Assembly: GCA_951406725.2 (NCBI GenBank)
Contig: OX597815.1
Coordinates: 92,814,001-92,878,000, forward strand
Source: Octopus vulgaris
Lineage: Eukaryota
Length of the DNA stretch: 64,000 bases
Direction of reading: 5' to 3'
Part shown: positions 37,075-51,173 of the stretch, piece by piece
How the letters are laid out: every line of letters starts with the position of its first letter
Numbering within the stretch: position 1 is the first letter of the stretch
Translations under genes and position numbers: made by a program
Notes under the pieces: model-generated
Database searches by the model: none
Told to the model about the DNA's origin: nothing
What the model saw: only the letters and a program-made list of their open reading frames with translations

Positions 37075-37328
37075 AATGTTATAAAAACCACAAATCTTGT
37101 TAAATACAGCTACCAAGGGTTTCCTGGTTGAAATACTAATTTATTTCACCTCTTTTCAAACCAAGAACAAGACTGTTTATCTGTTGTTTTTAAACATCAT
37201 ATGCTCTAAACACAACTGACCAACAGTCTTACTTGCAGTTTGAAAAATTTGGAAATAAATTATTATTTCAACCAGGAAACCCTTGGTAGCTGTATTTAAC
37301 AAGATTTATGTTTTCTCTTATAACATTA
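37075..37328. repeat. Foldback element with about 70-bp near-perfect arms
   Basis: aaatcttgttaaatacagctaccaagggtttcctggttgaaata vs tatttcaaccaggaaacccttggtagctgtatttaacaagattt; inner aagactgtt/aacagtctt. Confidence 0.8.
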
Positions 37329-37538
37329 TTTTTACTTTCATAGCTGATCAAGTGTGTTTCTACTTGTTGAAGCCTTACCGCATAATGATATATATATATA
37401 TATATATAAATACATCAGCCGAAATTGCGAGGATGATCCGGTTCTTGACTGAAGATTGAAGGCTTCGAATGTCCCGTCCGTGTTTTTTGTATCGTCTTTT
37501 AAATGTTTTGTGTTCTTGTTCCAGTTTGTATTTTTTTA

Positions 37539-37649
<111 letters not shown>

Positions 37650-37794
37650 GTGTGTATGTATATATATATAAATAAGGTGATGAAACGATTGTACTGCATT
37701 ACCTCTGGATATATATTTATATATCTATATATACTAAGAGTCCATAAATCAGGTAAAAAATGCACTTATATATTTGTCAGTAGAGTGGGTATAT

Positions 37795-37995
37795 TAGTAG
37801 AAGTGTACAGTATTATATATCCATTACGGCTGATCTTACCAATCGGTTTCACACTTGGCTTCCATAACAGTTACCTCTGAAGAGCACAGGGTTATATAAT
37901 CGGACTCTTGCCTAACACTCTGTTGAACCCCTAGTGCAAAACCAATTGGTAAGAGCAGCCATAATGGATATATAAAACTGTACACTTTGATTAAT
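37795..37995 (+). mobile_element. Foldback element with a decayed hammerhead
   Basis: About 55-bp arms 37801-37855 and 37933-37987; CTGAAGA 37877-37883, stem II GCAC-AGGGTT/AACCCCT-A-GTGC, AAAA in place of GAAA, palindrome CCAATTGG, TA. Confidence 0.6.
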
Positions 37996-38027
37996 ACAGT
38001 TAGACAGACAGACAGATAGATTGATTG

Positions 38028-38058
<31 letters not shown>

Positions 38059-38094
38059 TGTATGTATGTATGTATGTCTGTATGTATGTATGTA

Positions 38095-38262
38095 TGGCTG
38101 CAGCTGCAGAACAGTTGTGTGGTAAGGAGTTTGCTTCCCAACCACATGGTTTTGGGGTTGAGTCCCACTGTGTGACTCTTTCGGCAAGTGTCTTCTACTT
38201 AAGCCCTGGGCTGACTGAAAACTTATGAGAGGATTTGAATTTGGTAGATGGAAACTGAAAAA
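38095..38262 (+). mobile_element. SINE family B head
   Basis: gttgtgtggtaaggagtttgcttcccaaccacatgg...ggcaagtgtcttctact. Confidence 0.8.
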
Positions 38263-38628
38263 AGATTAATGGAAGGATAGGTGTTAGAAGATGAGTTGTG
38301 GGAGTACACAGTACCTCATTTTCACCAATCATGGTTCTTTGTCATCTCCTCTGTCTTTCTGTCTCCTTGTTCTACAGCTTCCACCCGTGTTTAGCAATCA
38401 GCTCTTCTTTCTGTTGCTGTCCTCATCCACATCACATATCACATAACCGTGCTAGTGCAGTTTTCTCATTTGCACATCATGTTTGATACTTCTTATGCCA
38501 ATATATGTATTAAATATGTATATATGCAGTACGTGTATATATATGCATGTACATGTGTGGGTGTATGCATACACATATAAGAATATTGATGCATATAAAT
38601 ATGTATTATTATATGCATGTGTGTGTGC

Positions 38629-38662
<34 letters not shown>

Positions 38663-40539
38663 CAGCATGGAAGACAGACATTAAATGATGATAATGAGGA
38701 AACATATATATATGCATGTGGTTCTGTTAATATATTTTGCATGCATGTATGCACACACTTGCCAACAAACACCATAGTGGAAAAGACAAATTTAATTTTA
38801 GAATTCACCAAAGCAAGAAACCTCATTTAGCATTCTGTTATAATGAACTTCAACATAATTGTAGATATGGAGTGACCAGAGTTGATGTAACCATCTTCAA
38901 AAAGTATGCTAACCCTTTCCATTATTGTCATCATCATCATTTAATGTCCGTTTTCCTTGCTGGCATGGGTTGGACAGTTTGACAGGAGCTGGTGGGGTTT
39001 GGCATGGTTTTTATGGCTGGATCCCTTCCTAATGCCAACTACTTTACAGAGTGTACTGAGTACTTTTTATATAGCACCAGTACAGGTGCTTTTTACATGG
39101 CACTAACACAGGTACTTTTTACATAGTACTGTCACATAACACTTTACATTTATAAAATCATGAGCATCCTGAAATTTATCAAACCTTACCAGGAATGATA
39201 ATCTAGCTATAGATCTAAACTTCAAAGGTGTTCAATGAAATGCTTTGTAGTGAAGAACAGCCACAAGATACTGTGTAGAAGTGGTTGTTTATCCCAACTC
39301 ATCCTTGAGAGGAGCAGACTAGCATTCCAACCATGACTCTCCTATCCTGTTCCTATGTGTCCATTATTTTAAAATGGGAAGGCGTTATTTGAAGGCGATC
39401 TGGTTGCTATTTTTAGTAGATCAAATAACCATATAAAAGGTCACTACTTTGTAGTGGAATATGTATTAGGTCTACTTTTTACAGCAGGCAACAAGGGATA
39501 AAATTGATGGTAACTGGAGATGGCAAGGCTCAGGTAAGGGAAACAGGTATTGCTTAGAATTAGGTTAAAGTGTTCCAGCCATAATCATCACATATTAATT
39601 TCAGAAAATGCATCCAAGTTGACTTTATCTAAAATATCTTTCATTGAGGTTTGAGGATGATTTAACTGCTATTTCAAGCTGGTTGAGCAACTTGGTAGAG
39701 TTTCTATCATCACTCATGTTGTGGTTGTTTAGCCCCACATGAGCATTGATTGAAGAGATCTATGATTAACGGTCTTATTGCATATTTTGGACAAAAAGTA
39801 TCTGTCCTTTTTACTTTATAGATCATTAGGTGATTTTAAAGAATTTAGCTGCTATTTCTAACAGGCTGAGCAACCTCAAAGAATCTACCTTTTTGGCTCA
39901 TCTAGTGAGATATAGTGAGGGAGAAGAAAATTGTCTGGATTAAGGCAGATATGATAGTGATAATATTAATTTGAAAATAAGGGGTAAGAGGCTGTGTGGG
40001 GGTAAGTCAGTCAATGTAGCTTGTTAGTGGCTAGAATTTTAAAAGGTAGGGTTAGGAAGAATTCTCATGAATAGCAGTATGGAGGAAGGAGAAAAATAAA
40101 ATGTTGACTGCACAATTTTGGCTAATAGGATAAAGAATTCGTAGAGGATGTGGAATCATGTTCTGTTGATATGTCTACCTTCACGTAGAGATTTGTGTGT
40201 GTGTGTGTGTGTGTTTCTGTTTTGAAACATTCCAGAAAGGTCAGTGAAAGGAAAAAACTAAAAACAAAGATGAAAATAACATAAGTTTACAGCCAGTTCT
40301 GAAGATGATGTGAGCAGTTCCTTGGTGTAGCAACAAAACCAAGACATTATTCAACAGGGATACTATTTCAACTGACTGATACTGCTCCTGATGTCTTTTC
40401 CTAGTAGAACAAGGATGCTTTAAATACCTGTAGAAGATTTTGCATCAACAAAACTAGACACTTTAGTTTTAACTTTCCAACTAATTCTATTCATGAGACA
40501 TAAAACAACATATATACACATACACAAAGGCATAAAGTG

Positions 40540-40579
<40 letters not shown>

Positions 40580-40592
40580 AGTTCATCCTTAC

Positions 40593-40950
40593 AGTGTGGC
40601 ACCTTGGGAAAGTGTCTTTTACTATAGTCATGGGCCACCAAAAGCCTTCTGAGTGGATTTAGTAGGTGGAAACTGAAAGAAGCCACTTGTGTTATATACA
40701 TATATGTGTGTGTATTTGTCTCTCCTTATCTTTGTATCATGTAATAATCATAAATAAGTGTCACTGTCATCCAATATTCTGTGAAAACATATCTGACTCT
40801 GGAGAAATATTATTCTGGGATCAGATGAATGCTGGAGACAGGAAGGACATCCAGCCCTAGAAAATTTGCCACAACAAACTCTGTCTGACCCATGCAAACA
40901 TGGAAAGCTGGAAGTTAAAGCAATATGACAATAGTGGTGTGATGATGATG
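40593..40950 (+). mobile_element. SINE with family B head and RTE-like tail
   Basis: CORE-like gcaccttggg head joined through (TA)(TG) to a tail ending gcaaacatggaaagctggaagttaaa...(gat)n. Confidence 0.75.
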
Positions 40951-41544
40951 AAGATAATGATATAACGACATTTATCTATTTATCCATCTATCTTATCTCT
41001 CTCTCTCTATGTACACATACACACACACACACGTATATGTGTGTGTGCAATATGTATATATTTAATTTGTTGAAAACCTGTTTCTCTATGTGAGCATATA
41101 TTGTTGAATGGATGCTTATTGGAGGCTGGATGATATGGCTGGATACTTTCCCTGCTAATAACTCTTAAATGTTTTTACAAGATAAGGGACCTTTTCTGTA
41201 CTCCACTACTTGGGGGGTGCAGAACTATAAGACATAATCTTCACTGAGAATGTAAACATTGATATTTTTGGTTGAGATTTCATGCAAAGAAGAGGAAGTA
41301 ACAATTTTTATGCATGCACACACAAACTCCATGTACGTGTATCTGTATCTGTGCATGCATATAAATTATTATATATATGTGTGCGTGTATTCGTTTGTAT
41401 ATGTGCATATAAATTGTTATATACACACACAAAAACAGTGGACTGGTGCCCTGCCTAGTGAGTAAATTTGTCTTATTTGACACTGAAGTATCCTGGAATG
41501 CCTCAGTTTTGGATCAGAGATGTAAATTCTAAAAAGGAAACACT

Positions 41545-42690
41545 CAAAAAGATGGTTTGACCAGGGCTGGCAAACTGGAAGGATGCACCAGACATTAGTC
41601 TGTTTTGGCATGGTTTCTATGGCTGGATACCCTTCCTAACACCAACTACTCTGAGAGTGTAATGAGTACTTTTACATGTCACTGGCACAGGTGCCGTTTG
41701 CGTGACACCAGTATTTGCCACAACTGCAATTTTGCTCAGCTTGATGGGTCTTCTTCTCAAGTACAATACAATGCCAAAGGGCTTGGTCACTGCCTCTGTG
41801 AGGCCCAACACTTGAAAGAAGTTCAGTTACTTTGCCTCTGTGAGGCCCAACATTCAAAAGGAACTCAGTCACTTTGCATCCGTGAGGGCCAATACTTGAA
41901 AGGAGCTCAGCCACTTTGCCTCTCTGAGGCCCTATGCTCAAAAGGTGCTTTTTACATGTCAGTTACATGACTACAATTTCACTTGGCTTAATGGGTCTTC
42001 TCAAGCACAGCATATTGTCAAAGGTCTCAGTCACTAGTCATTGCCTCTGTGAGGCCCAATGTTCGATGGTCATGCTTCACCACCTCATCCCATGTCTTTC
42101 TGGGTCCACCTCTATCGCAGGTTCCCTCCACAGTTACAGATCGGCACTTCTTTACATAGCTGTCCTTCTCCATATGCATCACATGACCATACCAGTGCAG
42201 GTGTCTCTCTTGCACACCACGTTTGATGCCTCTTATGTCTAACTTTATTCTCAGGATGCTTACACTCTGTCAAATATGCACACTGATGTTGCACATCCAG
42301 CAAAGTATACTGGCTTTATTTCTTTCAGGCCTATGCATATCCTTGGCTATCACAGCTCATGTTGCACTGCCATGTAGCATAGGTGTTTACACACAGGCAT
42401 CATACAATTTGCCTTTCACTCTGAAAAAGAGGCCTTTTGTTGCCAGCAGAGGTAGGAGCTCTCTGAACTTTGCCCAGCCTAATCTTATTCTTATAGCTAC
42501 ACTCTCAGAGCATCTACCTCCACGACTAACTTGGTCACCTAGATAACAGAAGCTATCTACTACCTCTAGCTTACCCTACTGGCAGTTGATGCAGTCTATT
42601 TTCTGTACATTTTCAGTGTTTATTGTACCTGTGCATCTTCCACATACAAAAGCTATTTTCCGTTAACCTTCCTCTGATATTGCTGCACTT
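41545..42690 (-). mobile_element. RTE LINE 3' portion with 39-bp minisatellite in the 3' UTR
   Basis: VVDSFCYLGDQV, W-AKFRELLPLL, QERHLHWYGHVMHM...GGPRKTW; repeats at 41790-41945. Confidence 0.9.
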
Positions 42691-44420
42691 TTTACATCTC
42701 TTTGATTATTTCACTCACTGACTCCATTAACTTTTCATAGCAAAGACTTTCAATTACATGTTTTATCTTTCTCATTCTTATCTTCACCATTTCTTGTGTC
42801 TTTATCAACTTTCTGAACAGTGACTGATTTCTAAATTTGTAAGATGGCATAGATCATGTATTCTTCTTCAATATCCACTCATTCCACCAGAAGTTTTCAT
42901 TAAGATTATTTACTCTATTTTTAGTAAACGGTCTTGTCACAATTTTTTTGCATATCAAAGCAAGTTATGAACATCTTTTTCTTTGATAAGATTAAAGACT
43001 ATGAAACTGTTCCCAACATTTTCATAAGATCCATTATCAAGCATCAAAACAGGTCACAGCTTACACCAGGCTTTCTTTAGTATAGATGCTTCCATCATCT
43101 CTCATCCTTTAGTAATGAACATCTTTAAAATTAAATTCAAGAAATTTTGGTACAAACTTTCTAGTATCCACTACATCTAACATTTTTCACAAAATGTGAG
43201 CAATACTTTTTGCAGAGTATTCCTGGTTTGGGGGTTGGATAACTGACATCTAGTGGTAAATACACAATATAAACATTTTTCTAATACAGGAGTTCAGTTC
43301 TTGGGTGGGCTGAATGTCCTGAATAAGAATTTCATAATCTGGTAGGCTTACAGATGTGCACTGTGCTCTCTGGTTTCCCATCTTTACAAACCATTCCATG
43401 GTAATCTAGTTGTAATCTCACCACTTTTATTCGAATGTATATTACTTTTTAAATTCTAAAACATTTATAGGCTCTGGGGCATAACCTCACATGTAACGTC
43501 TCGCAAGTCCAAAATCTTGAACCCAGCTTTGCATTTCAGCTTTTTTGGGGGGTTGATAAAATAACTATCAATTCAAAATAGGAACGTCAAACTGGATACC
43601 CTGAGGTATTTGTTCTGGCTCTTTGCTTTTAGAGCTCAAATCATAGCATGGCCTACCTAGCTGACAGACAATCTGTTGCTTGACATTCAGTGCTTTTAGC
43701 ATAGTTCACTTTGTTGCAAACGTTAGAACCTGGTTTAAGGATATCTCCCCAACCACCAAATCTTAGATGTTCTGTAAAAAGGGCCATATCCTTTGGTTTA
43801 CCTTCACAAAAATTAGTAACTGGTTTCAGTCATTGGACTGTTGTATTAGAGCACTAAGGCTTCTAGTTAATTATCTGAACCCCACTATTTATGTTATCCA
43901 TCTATTAAACCACAAGGACAGAGTTTATGAAGTTATGTCCCTTATCGTTTATACTTAAGGAATTAGTCAATATAAAGTGACAGCAGAAGACACTTGCTCA
44001 AGATACTGTTATAGTATCAAATCTGGAACCATGGGGATGCAAAGGTTCTTAATCACAGTTATACTTTTAACTATGCAGATTTAAAATAAAACACTAGTCA
44101 AGTACTAAATGTCTTAGATATGAAGACTAAAAGTAGTCGACTAGATAAATTTTGGATCATATTTGTACATTTTCGTCACATAAAAAGTAAAATATCCTCT
44201 CAATTTGGGACTTGATCTTTCCTTAGGTTCATAAAATATTTCAGCTGGAAGTTAAACTTCAATTGTAAACATCTAATAATTTAAGTTTGGTTTTGATGAA
44301 AAATATACTTTCTAATGAACGATTATCTGATGATTCTGTAGAAATGAAAATTGGAAGATTTGGAGAGAAAGAAAGAACTAACTGAAATTAATACAGCCAA
44401 AGGTAGATAATTATTAAATC

Positions 44421-44631
44421 TATTGGGCTGGTGCATAATTATTGCAGTTTTTTTCAACAAATTTTATTCAAAAACATTTAAATGATTTTTCCCCCGAACA
44501 TATTCACCATGTACTTCAATTACTGCTACCCCATTTGCTTGGCAGACAGTCAAACCGTTATTAAAAGAAGTTTTTGTTGAATAAAATTAAAATTTAAAAA
44601 AACCCCGCAATAATTATGCACCGACCCAATA
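44421..44631. mobile_element. Mariner-derived MITE
   Basis: TA-TTGGGCTGGTGCATAATTATTGC ... GCAATAATTATGCACCGACCCAA-TA terminal inverted repeats with TA duplication. Confidence 0.85.
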
Positions 44632-45625
44632 TTAAACCTTAAGGGGAGATAAAAAATTTCTGATTTTTTTTTTAATAGAAAAATCTAAAGAGCAAATAAC
44701 TCTTCAGAGCCTCCGAAACTGGTTGGAAAAAAAAGTTATTCTCAAATCAGCAAGAGACTAGGGTAACCAAAGGTCAAGTGTTGGTATTAAAGCAGGTGAT
44801 AGATTAAGTTTATCATGCAAGACTAGAAACAAACCTGATCTGCTTCTAGAGTTTGTCAACCAAATTTCACTCACAAAGCTGACTTTGCAGCATGATAGAA
44901 AATACTTGCCCAAAGTGCTGCACAGTGGTTAGAACATGAGATCGTGTAATTCTTAACCACATGCTTGAAAATGTACAATGCTTTGTTGAAAAAGAGACAA
45001 AAAACAGTTTATACCGTGATGAAATAAAAAAAAAAAAAAAAATTCTCGAAAAAATAAAAAGCACCAAATAATTAAAGTGATTTTTTTTTTTTTTGGTTTA
45101 GTTCCATAACACTGGATTGAATAGACCTATGATCAAAGACATTCTAGCTGTGACCATCTTATCAGGGTGTATATTAGAGATTACAGACAATTTTGTTTTT
45201 AATATGGCAAAGTGTTAACTGGAAGAAAGAGAATTTAGCTGCTATTTATAGCACATCAAATAACTACACTATGTGGACTGGAATAAATTATTGCATACTT
45301 AAATACAGAATTATGCATATCAAATAGAAAATCAGCAACCTTGAGCTGACAACAAATACAAGTTTGTCTCCATCTGGTACAGTCTCCTACCAACACAATT
45401 AGGTTGTTGATATTTTCAGTCTAATAGGTCACAGCCATGTCTAGTTAAATATAAGGTTGTTTAATCTACTTTTTATTCTTTAAAGTACTTCACTCATTGA
45501 AGGGAGAAGACTTACTAGTATAGCAACTTAATTTTATAGTTGGTGGGGGTCATGTACAGATGAACAACTGCAGCAGTAAAATGGTTTAATGTAATTTTTA
45601 ACAATGAAAACAAAGCAATTTATGA

Positions 45626-45631
45626 TTTATT
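45626..45631 (-). promoter_or_regulatory. Candidate polyadenylation signal (AATAAA) of the ACSBG-like gene
   Basis: AATAAA on the minus strand about 520 nt after the stop; other copies exist (46149-46154, about 45472), so the site used is unknown. Confidence 0.3.
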
Positions 45632-46154
45632 AAATAATTTTAATTTCAGTGCATGGTAATAAAAAAAAAAACAAAAACAACAAAAAAACAAAGGAAATTT
45701 TTACTTTGTATTCAAAGTAAATATTTTGATTCCAATTGGATCTTCTGGTGATGTTAACAGCACAAAAGTGCTGGATGGAACAATCATTAAGTCTATTTTG
45801 CAGCTGCCAATAATAAGGACTAAAGTCCTTTAAACATGGTGTTTGAAACTGAAGATAATTAAACTAATGCCAAGTTGTTTTAGTAAAAATTCAGATTTTT
45901 AATTTGCTAGAATATTAATTGCTGTCAAAGTTGAAGGATAAAGTAGAAGTTGTATTCTTCCAGTTAGGGTACTGATATATTCCCATTGGGGGAATGCTGA
46001 ACTAATTTGCAAGATATTAGGGAATATAGCCAGCTAAGAAGCTACTTAGATTATACAGTACTTCAACATTAAGTTGTAGTGAATAGACTTGACAACCTCT
46101 CAGCTAACGCAAACTAGATCACTGTAATAGGAAACTTCACCTAGTTAGTTTATT

Positions 46155-46225
46155 TCAGTAAAATGAATCGATGAGAGTTGAATACATCTTATGAACAATA
46201 GGACGTCTCACCTTCATTGTTGGAC
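46155..46225 (-). CDS. ACSBG2: ACSBG-like terminal coding exon (GPTMKVRRPIVHKMYSTLIDSFY-stop)
   Basis: aag acceptor; completes GGELGPTMK with the catalytic Lys; TGA at 46157-46155; the 11 exons sum to 1698 bp = 566 codons. Confidence 0.94.
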
Positions 46226-47599
46226 CTTGAAAAATACAGAAAAAAACCATTAGGTTAAATAAAAGGGTTTAACAAATAAAGTATCAAATCAACCAAATAT
46301 ATAACTCTTAAAATAATACACATTTAAATCTCAAAACTATGAGATAATGCATGATTAATTCAAAACAAGGTGAATAAGCATTGCATTTGACAGGAAAATC
46401 TAAATGTTAAAGTGCACCCCTTAGCTCTTTTGAATAAAAACTGTCTTTCTCCCTTTAGCTCATATCAACTCTTTCTCAGTCTACCCCCTCTCTCTCATGA
46501 GGCAATTGTTTTTCAGTAGTTTTATACTTGATTTTTGACTCCCCAGCAAGCCACATGACTTCTTTTGCATGTATGTTGCAGATAACTTTAGCTGAAAATT
46601 AATCATGTGGCTTGTTTACAATCAGACTGTTTTTTTTATTGCCTTCAGTAACTCTTTGAAGAAGCCAACCCCTATACAAAAATAAAATAAAATCAATAAA
46701 AGTCATTTTAACACTTCTTTGGAGATTGTCTTGTCTGCAGTTTACATGCCATTTGCTCTGCAAACAAGACACACAGCAGTCAAATTCTCAACTTGTTATC
46801 AATAATAGAGATCAAAGCAATACACACACACATGTGAGTAGTTCTTATATTTACTGAACTTACTTTCAGTACAAGAGCCTACGAACACTTTCATGCATAT
46901 ACATGCTGTTATTTTGCTGTTTGTATTCATCTGTTATATTCTTTATTGTTGCTCATTTTTATTGAATGTTTTTTTTCTAGGTCCATTTGATCTAGTTATT
47001 AATAACGTAATAAATCATTTGACAGAACTACTTTTGTCTTGTCTATAATGCCAGTTCTGCAGCAACCAAATATTTACAGTTGCTTACATGTAATAATTTT
47101 GTTCAAATGTAAAGAATCTTTAGAGATGGTCCAAGCCTCTATTTTCCTTTCATCCCAATAAGAATTTAGTGTCAAGAATTATCAATAATGGGCATTATAA
47201 TCTAATGTAATGTTATATATAATGAACTTATTGTATATAGTGCTCAAGTCATCAGAAAAAGTAATCAAATGTATATGTATAGTACACAGAATAATGCACA
47301 AAAAGACAGGAAAATGAACAGTGAATGAGTCATAAATTTTTTTTTTTTAAATAGAACATCAGATGTAGTGTTGACAAATTTTGGGAAATTTTAAAGGATG
47401 TAGTGTCCTGACAGCTAACTAATGCAGGTAGTTTTTTTTCCCTGCTTCAGCATATGGAATTGAAAGAGGTGCCCAAGGTGGTTGTTAGAAAGATGGTTGT
47501 TGTTGGAAAGTCAGTTGGAGCTTTAATGTATCAATGTCCAGGGAAATAAGAGGTTCAGAGTATGGTGCAAACTGTGGGTGTACCATGGCCAAACAGACA

Positions 47600-48050
47600 G
47601 CTGACAAAGATCTTACTGAGTGATGTTAAGACACTCTTAGCCTTCTTGACAATTTTAGAGATGTAGTTTCTCCAACACAAATTGCTGTTGACAAAAGTGC
47701 CAATACCACTTGAATGGTGTTGGAGAGGAAGTATGGGGTTCCCCCCAACAAAATGTACTGTGGTGCACTTGTCCACAGCCAGCTTGAGTTGCTAGTCAGT
47801 AATCTGCTGTTGCACTGTGTCTAGGTCTGATGGCAGGAAAGATCTATAGTATATAGGCTGCATTCTCTTTATCTCAAGGTACTGTTTGATGTTATCTGCA
47901 TATTTCAATACTGTAACATTCAAGTTAACACCTATGTCATTAATATATGCAATAAACAACAGGGGTCCAATAATAGATCCCTGTGGTACATTAGATGTCA
48001 TCTCAGGCTGAAGAATGCCATCCTAAAACCGTGACCACCTCTTTTTGTTG
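47600..48050 (-). mobile_element. CR1/L2-like RT fragment in the last ACSBG intron
   Basis: SNVPQGSIIGPLLFIAYIND...KYADNIK. Confidence 0.8.
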
Positions 48051-49084
48051 GAGATAAATATATTACTTCACCAAAACTATCATATGTGCAGAGCTGCAGT
48101 GAAGCAGTGATGTGTAGGCTGTGGTACTTAAATCACAGAAATACAATATTAGTATTGTGTGGGTTATGATAATGGAAACAGATACACAATGTGAAAGTGT
48201 TGTGAGCTGTGATAATGAAATCATAAATAGTATGGGCTGTCATCAAATTACATAAAAACAATGGAAAAATTTACATATTAAGTAACATAAATATGGTGAC
48301 CCATATTTTTCTCAGAGGAAAAAGAGCAAGGCAGCTTCCAGAATACAAAAGGACATTGATAGAACTGTCAGCATCTTGTATATTAAAATGACAATATTAC
48401 TAGTTAACAATTGTCTTGATCTCAACTGTCAGTTTATTATTACAAAATTTCATGGCCATATTCTACCACACAGATTTTAATATTACAGCTCATTCTATAT
48501 CTGTTATTTCAATGCTTTTCTAGTTTCACCCCAAACATCACAGCCACAATGAACTTCAGTTTAATAATGCAACCCATAAATCACCATTTCAATTATTCAG
48601 CATATTCATCCCTTCCACACTATTTCTCTGCACATGAGAGCATTTGTAATTTTTCAGTTAAGTATAAGGAATGGTTAAAAGGTAAAATATTAAAATGTAT
48701 CTCCAATATTATGTTAAGAGATATTTCTGCATAGAAATATAGAAATAAGATTAAGTAATTTAAAGATCTTATTTTTATTTTAACTAGAAATTAAATATGG
48801 TAATTCATAGATATTTATTATGGTTCTTCTCTATGTATGCTTTCTTACATTAGAATATTCCGCAGTCAATATTTTGACTATAAAATATTACAATGTAATA
48901 TCAATAAGAAACAAAGAACACTAATAACAAGCATTATCAAACAGCTTGTTTCCTAGGTAATATTGTTGACTCTCATTGAATGAGCTCATTTCATTAAGAC
49001 AGAGCCATGTAAAAAAAAACAAAAAACAATTTGGTTGCAAATTGTTGTAAGACAAATACTTCAGATTCTCCTTAACTGGCTTGG

Positions 49085-49400
49085 GTAGCAGTGTCTTCTC
49101 TAGATGGAAGGCTCAAACAACTGAGCCCCCGTGACCCTCCACCCATATCTGTCCTGTGTCAGTCTGCACAGTTCTGCAAACTTCTACCACTAGCTTCTTT
49201 GATGTCATTGCTAAATCTGGTTTTAGGTCTTCCTGTTGTTCTTTTGACATATGCTGCATCAGTTAACAGGAACTTAAAGTCTTGTCTTCTAAGAATATAG
49301 TCAGTGGAGGTCCATTTTCCATGATGATATTTAAGCCTTTCCTGACTCTCTTGTGAAGGACCATTCATTGATTCTTTTTATCCATCCAGCTTATTTTAAG
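49085..49400 (-). mobile_element. RTE-like LINE 3' fragment
   Basis: KYHHGKW...KRTTGRPKTRFSNDIK, then an RTE-type end (gggggctcagttg...tagagaagacac). Confidence 0.5.
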
Positions 49401-49659
49401 AATCCATCTAAAACATTACTGTTTCAATTTTCATTTTATTAATTTTCTTATAATCTGATATTCAGCTCTACAAGTGGTCATGAGATGACCTTATTTTTCT
49501 ATATGCTGTTCAAGGATATCATGGGTACCATTGTAGCAGTGTATTCATAATAAAAATACTGAATAAATTGTTAGTCATCTACCTGTATTATTGTCATTTT
49601 TGTACTAATTATACTGCAAACTATACTGTCTCTTTATAATTAAAAAATCCAATACTCAC

Positions 49660-49906
49660 CCAACTCTCCTCCAGGTATTGAGAAATCTTTGAGTAATATG
49701 GACCATTTCTGCACTTTAGCAGCTCTGGACACTGCTTTTAGATTGGCTTTATCAATAGCATTCTGAATAGCTTTCATTACATTTTCATCTTTGTTGTTAA
49801 CTATTTCCGAGACTGCAGTGGTATTTGAGCCAATACTCCGACACCAACTCGCAGCTAAAGTAGTTAGTTTGTCGGTTGGTTCCAGCGTGTCAGGATTAAT
49901 ATCCAC
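49660..49906 (-). CDS. ACSBG2: ACSBG-like exon (VDINPDTLEP...VQKWSILLKDFSIPGGEL)
   Basis: cag acceptor, gtgagt donor, 247 bp; DFSIPGGEL motif. Confidence 0.96.
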
Positions 49907-50523
49907 CTGAAAGTTACAATTATTACATTATGGTTAATTAAAGTTTTATTGAATATTACTGGAAGTATGTCTTGTAGGCAAGTTATACTTAAGAAATATC
50001 AATCTGAATATTAATAATAGTATAGGGAGAAAGAAACTTTTTTCAAAAATTTAGTTTTGAAAATTAAGAAATACAACCTCACAAGTGAGCATTTCATAAG
50101 TTCTCTACTAGCCACTTTCCTACTTCTCATGACCAGAGAGAGAGGAACAATAGCTGTTAAGGTGCTAAAACTTCTAACATGGTTATTGAAGATTTAGAGC
50201 TTACTTCTTTCAAATACTGTGTTGGAATTTTTAGTGCTTAGATAAATTAACTTGTGATATGAACTGTTTATTCTTGTATAAAAGGTTCTAAGAAGGTTCA
50301 TAAGTCAAGATATATACTTGGTAGAATGCTGGAATTATCAGCAATAAACTATTCACATCTGAATGCTGAGCAGCTTTCTCACAGAAATGTGTTTCTTTTT
50401 CTTTGGAATCTATTTTCACCAATTATCTCTAATAAGCATGTCAATTGTTATATAGCAATCTTGTTCCAACATACAATTCTATAATGAAGTGACAGTTTTA
50501 CCAGAAATTAATAGTCGCCTTAC

Positions 50524-50663
50524 CTTCAAGGTGATGAGCATCGACAGGAACTTGCGCTTGTCACCAACCACCATACATTGGCTAACAATCGGCAACTCTT
50601 CCTTGACAGCCTCCTCAATTGGACATGGGGCAATATTTTCACCCCCAGCAGTGATTATTATTT
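50524..50663 (-). CDS. ACSBG2: ACSBG-like exon (EIIITAGGENIAPCPIE...GDKRKFLSMLITLK)
   Basis: aag acceptor, gtaagg donor, 140 bp; ITAGGENIAP motif. Confidence 0.95.
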
Positions 50664-51173
50664 CTTAAATAAGATATTTAATAAGGATCATTAAAAAAAA
50701 GAAACTGGATTTTGTTGCAACTTACCACAATTAGAACAAACTAATATATAAACAAATAAAAGATGTACATAAAGAATTATTTCTCCATCAATACAAGTAA
50801 TCACAGCAATAGTTTGTCTAATGCATTCTAAGATGTTCTGCAATAGATAGAAGTTAGCCCAAAATTCAATACAAGTTACTACCATCTTTAAATTATGGTA
50901 AGTGTATAGTACACAGTTGTCTGAGTAAATATTACTTCATGCACATAACTGGTAAAGACAAAGTTGGTTTGTACATGCAAAACAGGAAAGAGCCATATCA
51001 AAGATTGAACTTTCCAAACACAGAAAAATTTAGAAAGAACATGTCATGATAAAAATTCAGTCGAGAAAGGAATTTGGAAATTACAGAAAATAGATCAACT
51101 TGCAAAGAAGTAATCAGCAGCTACACAAGAGAAAAACAGATTTATCAATAAATATTTTTTGTTTTTTAGTTAC

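Noticed and set aside
40295-40460. CTGAAGA with a distant AAAACTAGAC as a decayed hammerhead
   Set aside because: Too many core changes and no clear stems
41790-41945. 39-bp repeats as a CRISPR-like or coding repeat
   Set aside because: No spacers; minisatellite within an RTE 3' UTR
44320-44360. CTGATGA...GAAA hammerhead-like match
   Set aside because: No convincing stem I or stem III, and stem II is out of register
46149-46154. AATAAA directly after the ACSBG stop as the functional poly(A) signal
   Set aside because: It would leave almost no 3' UTR; other candidates lie downstream and no transcript data are available
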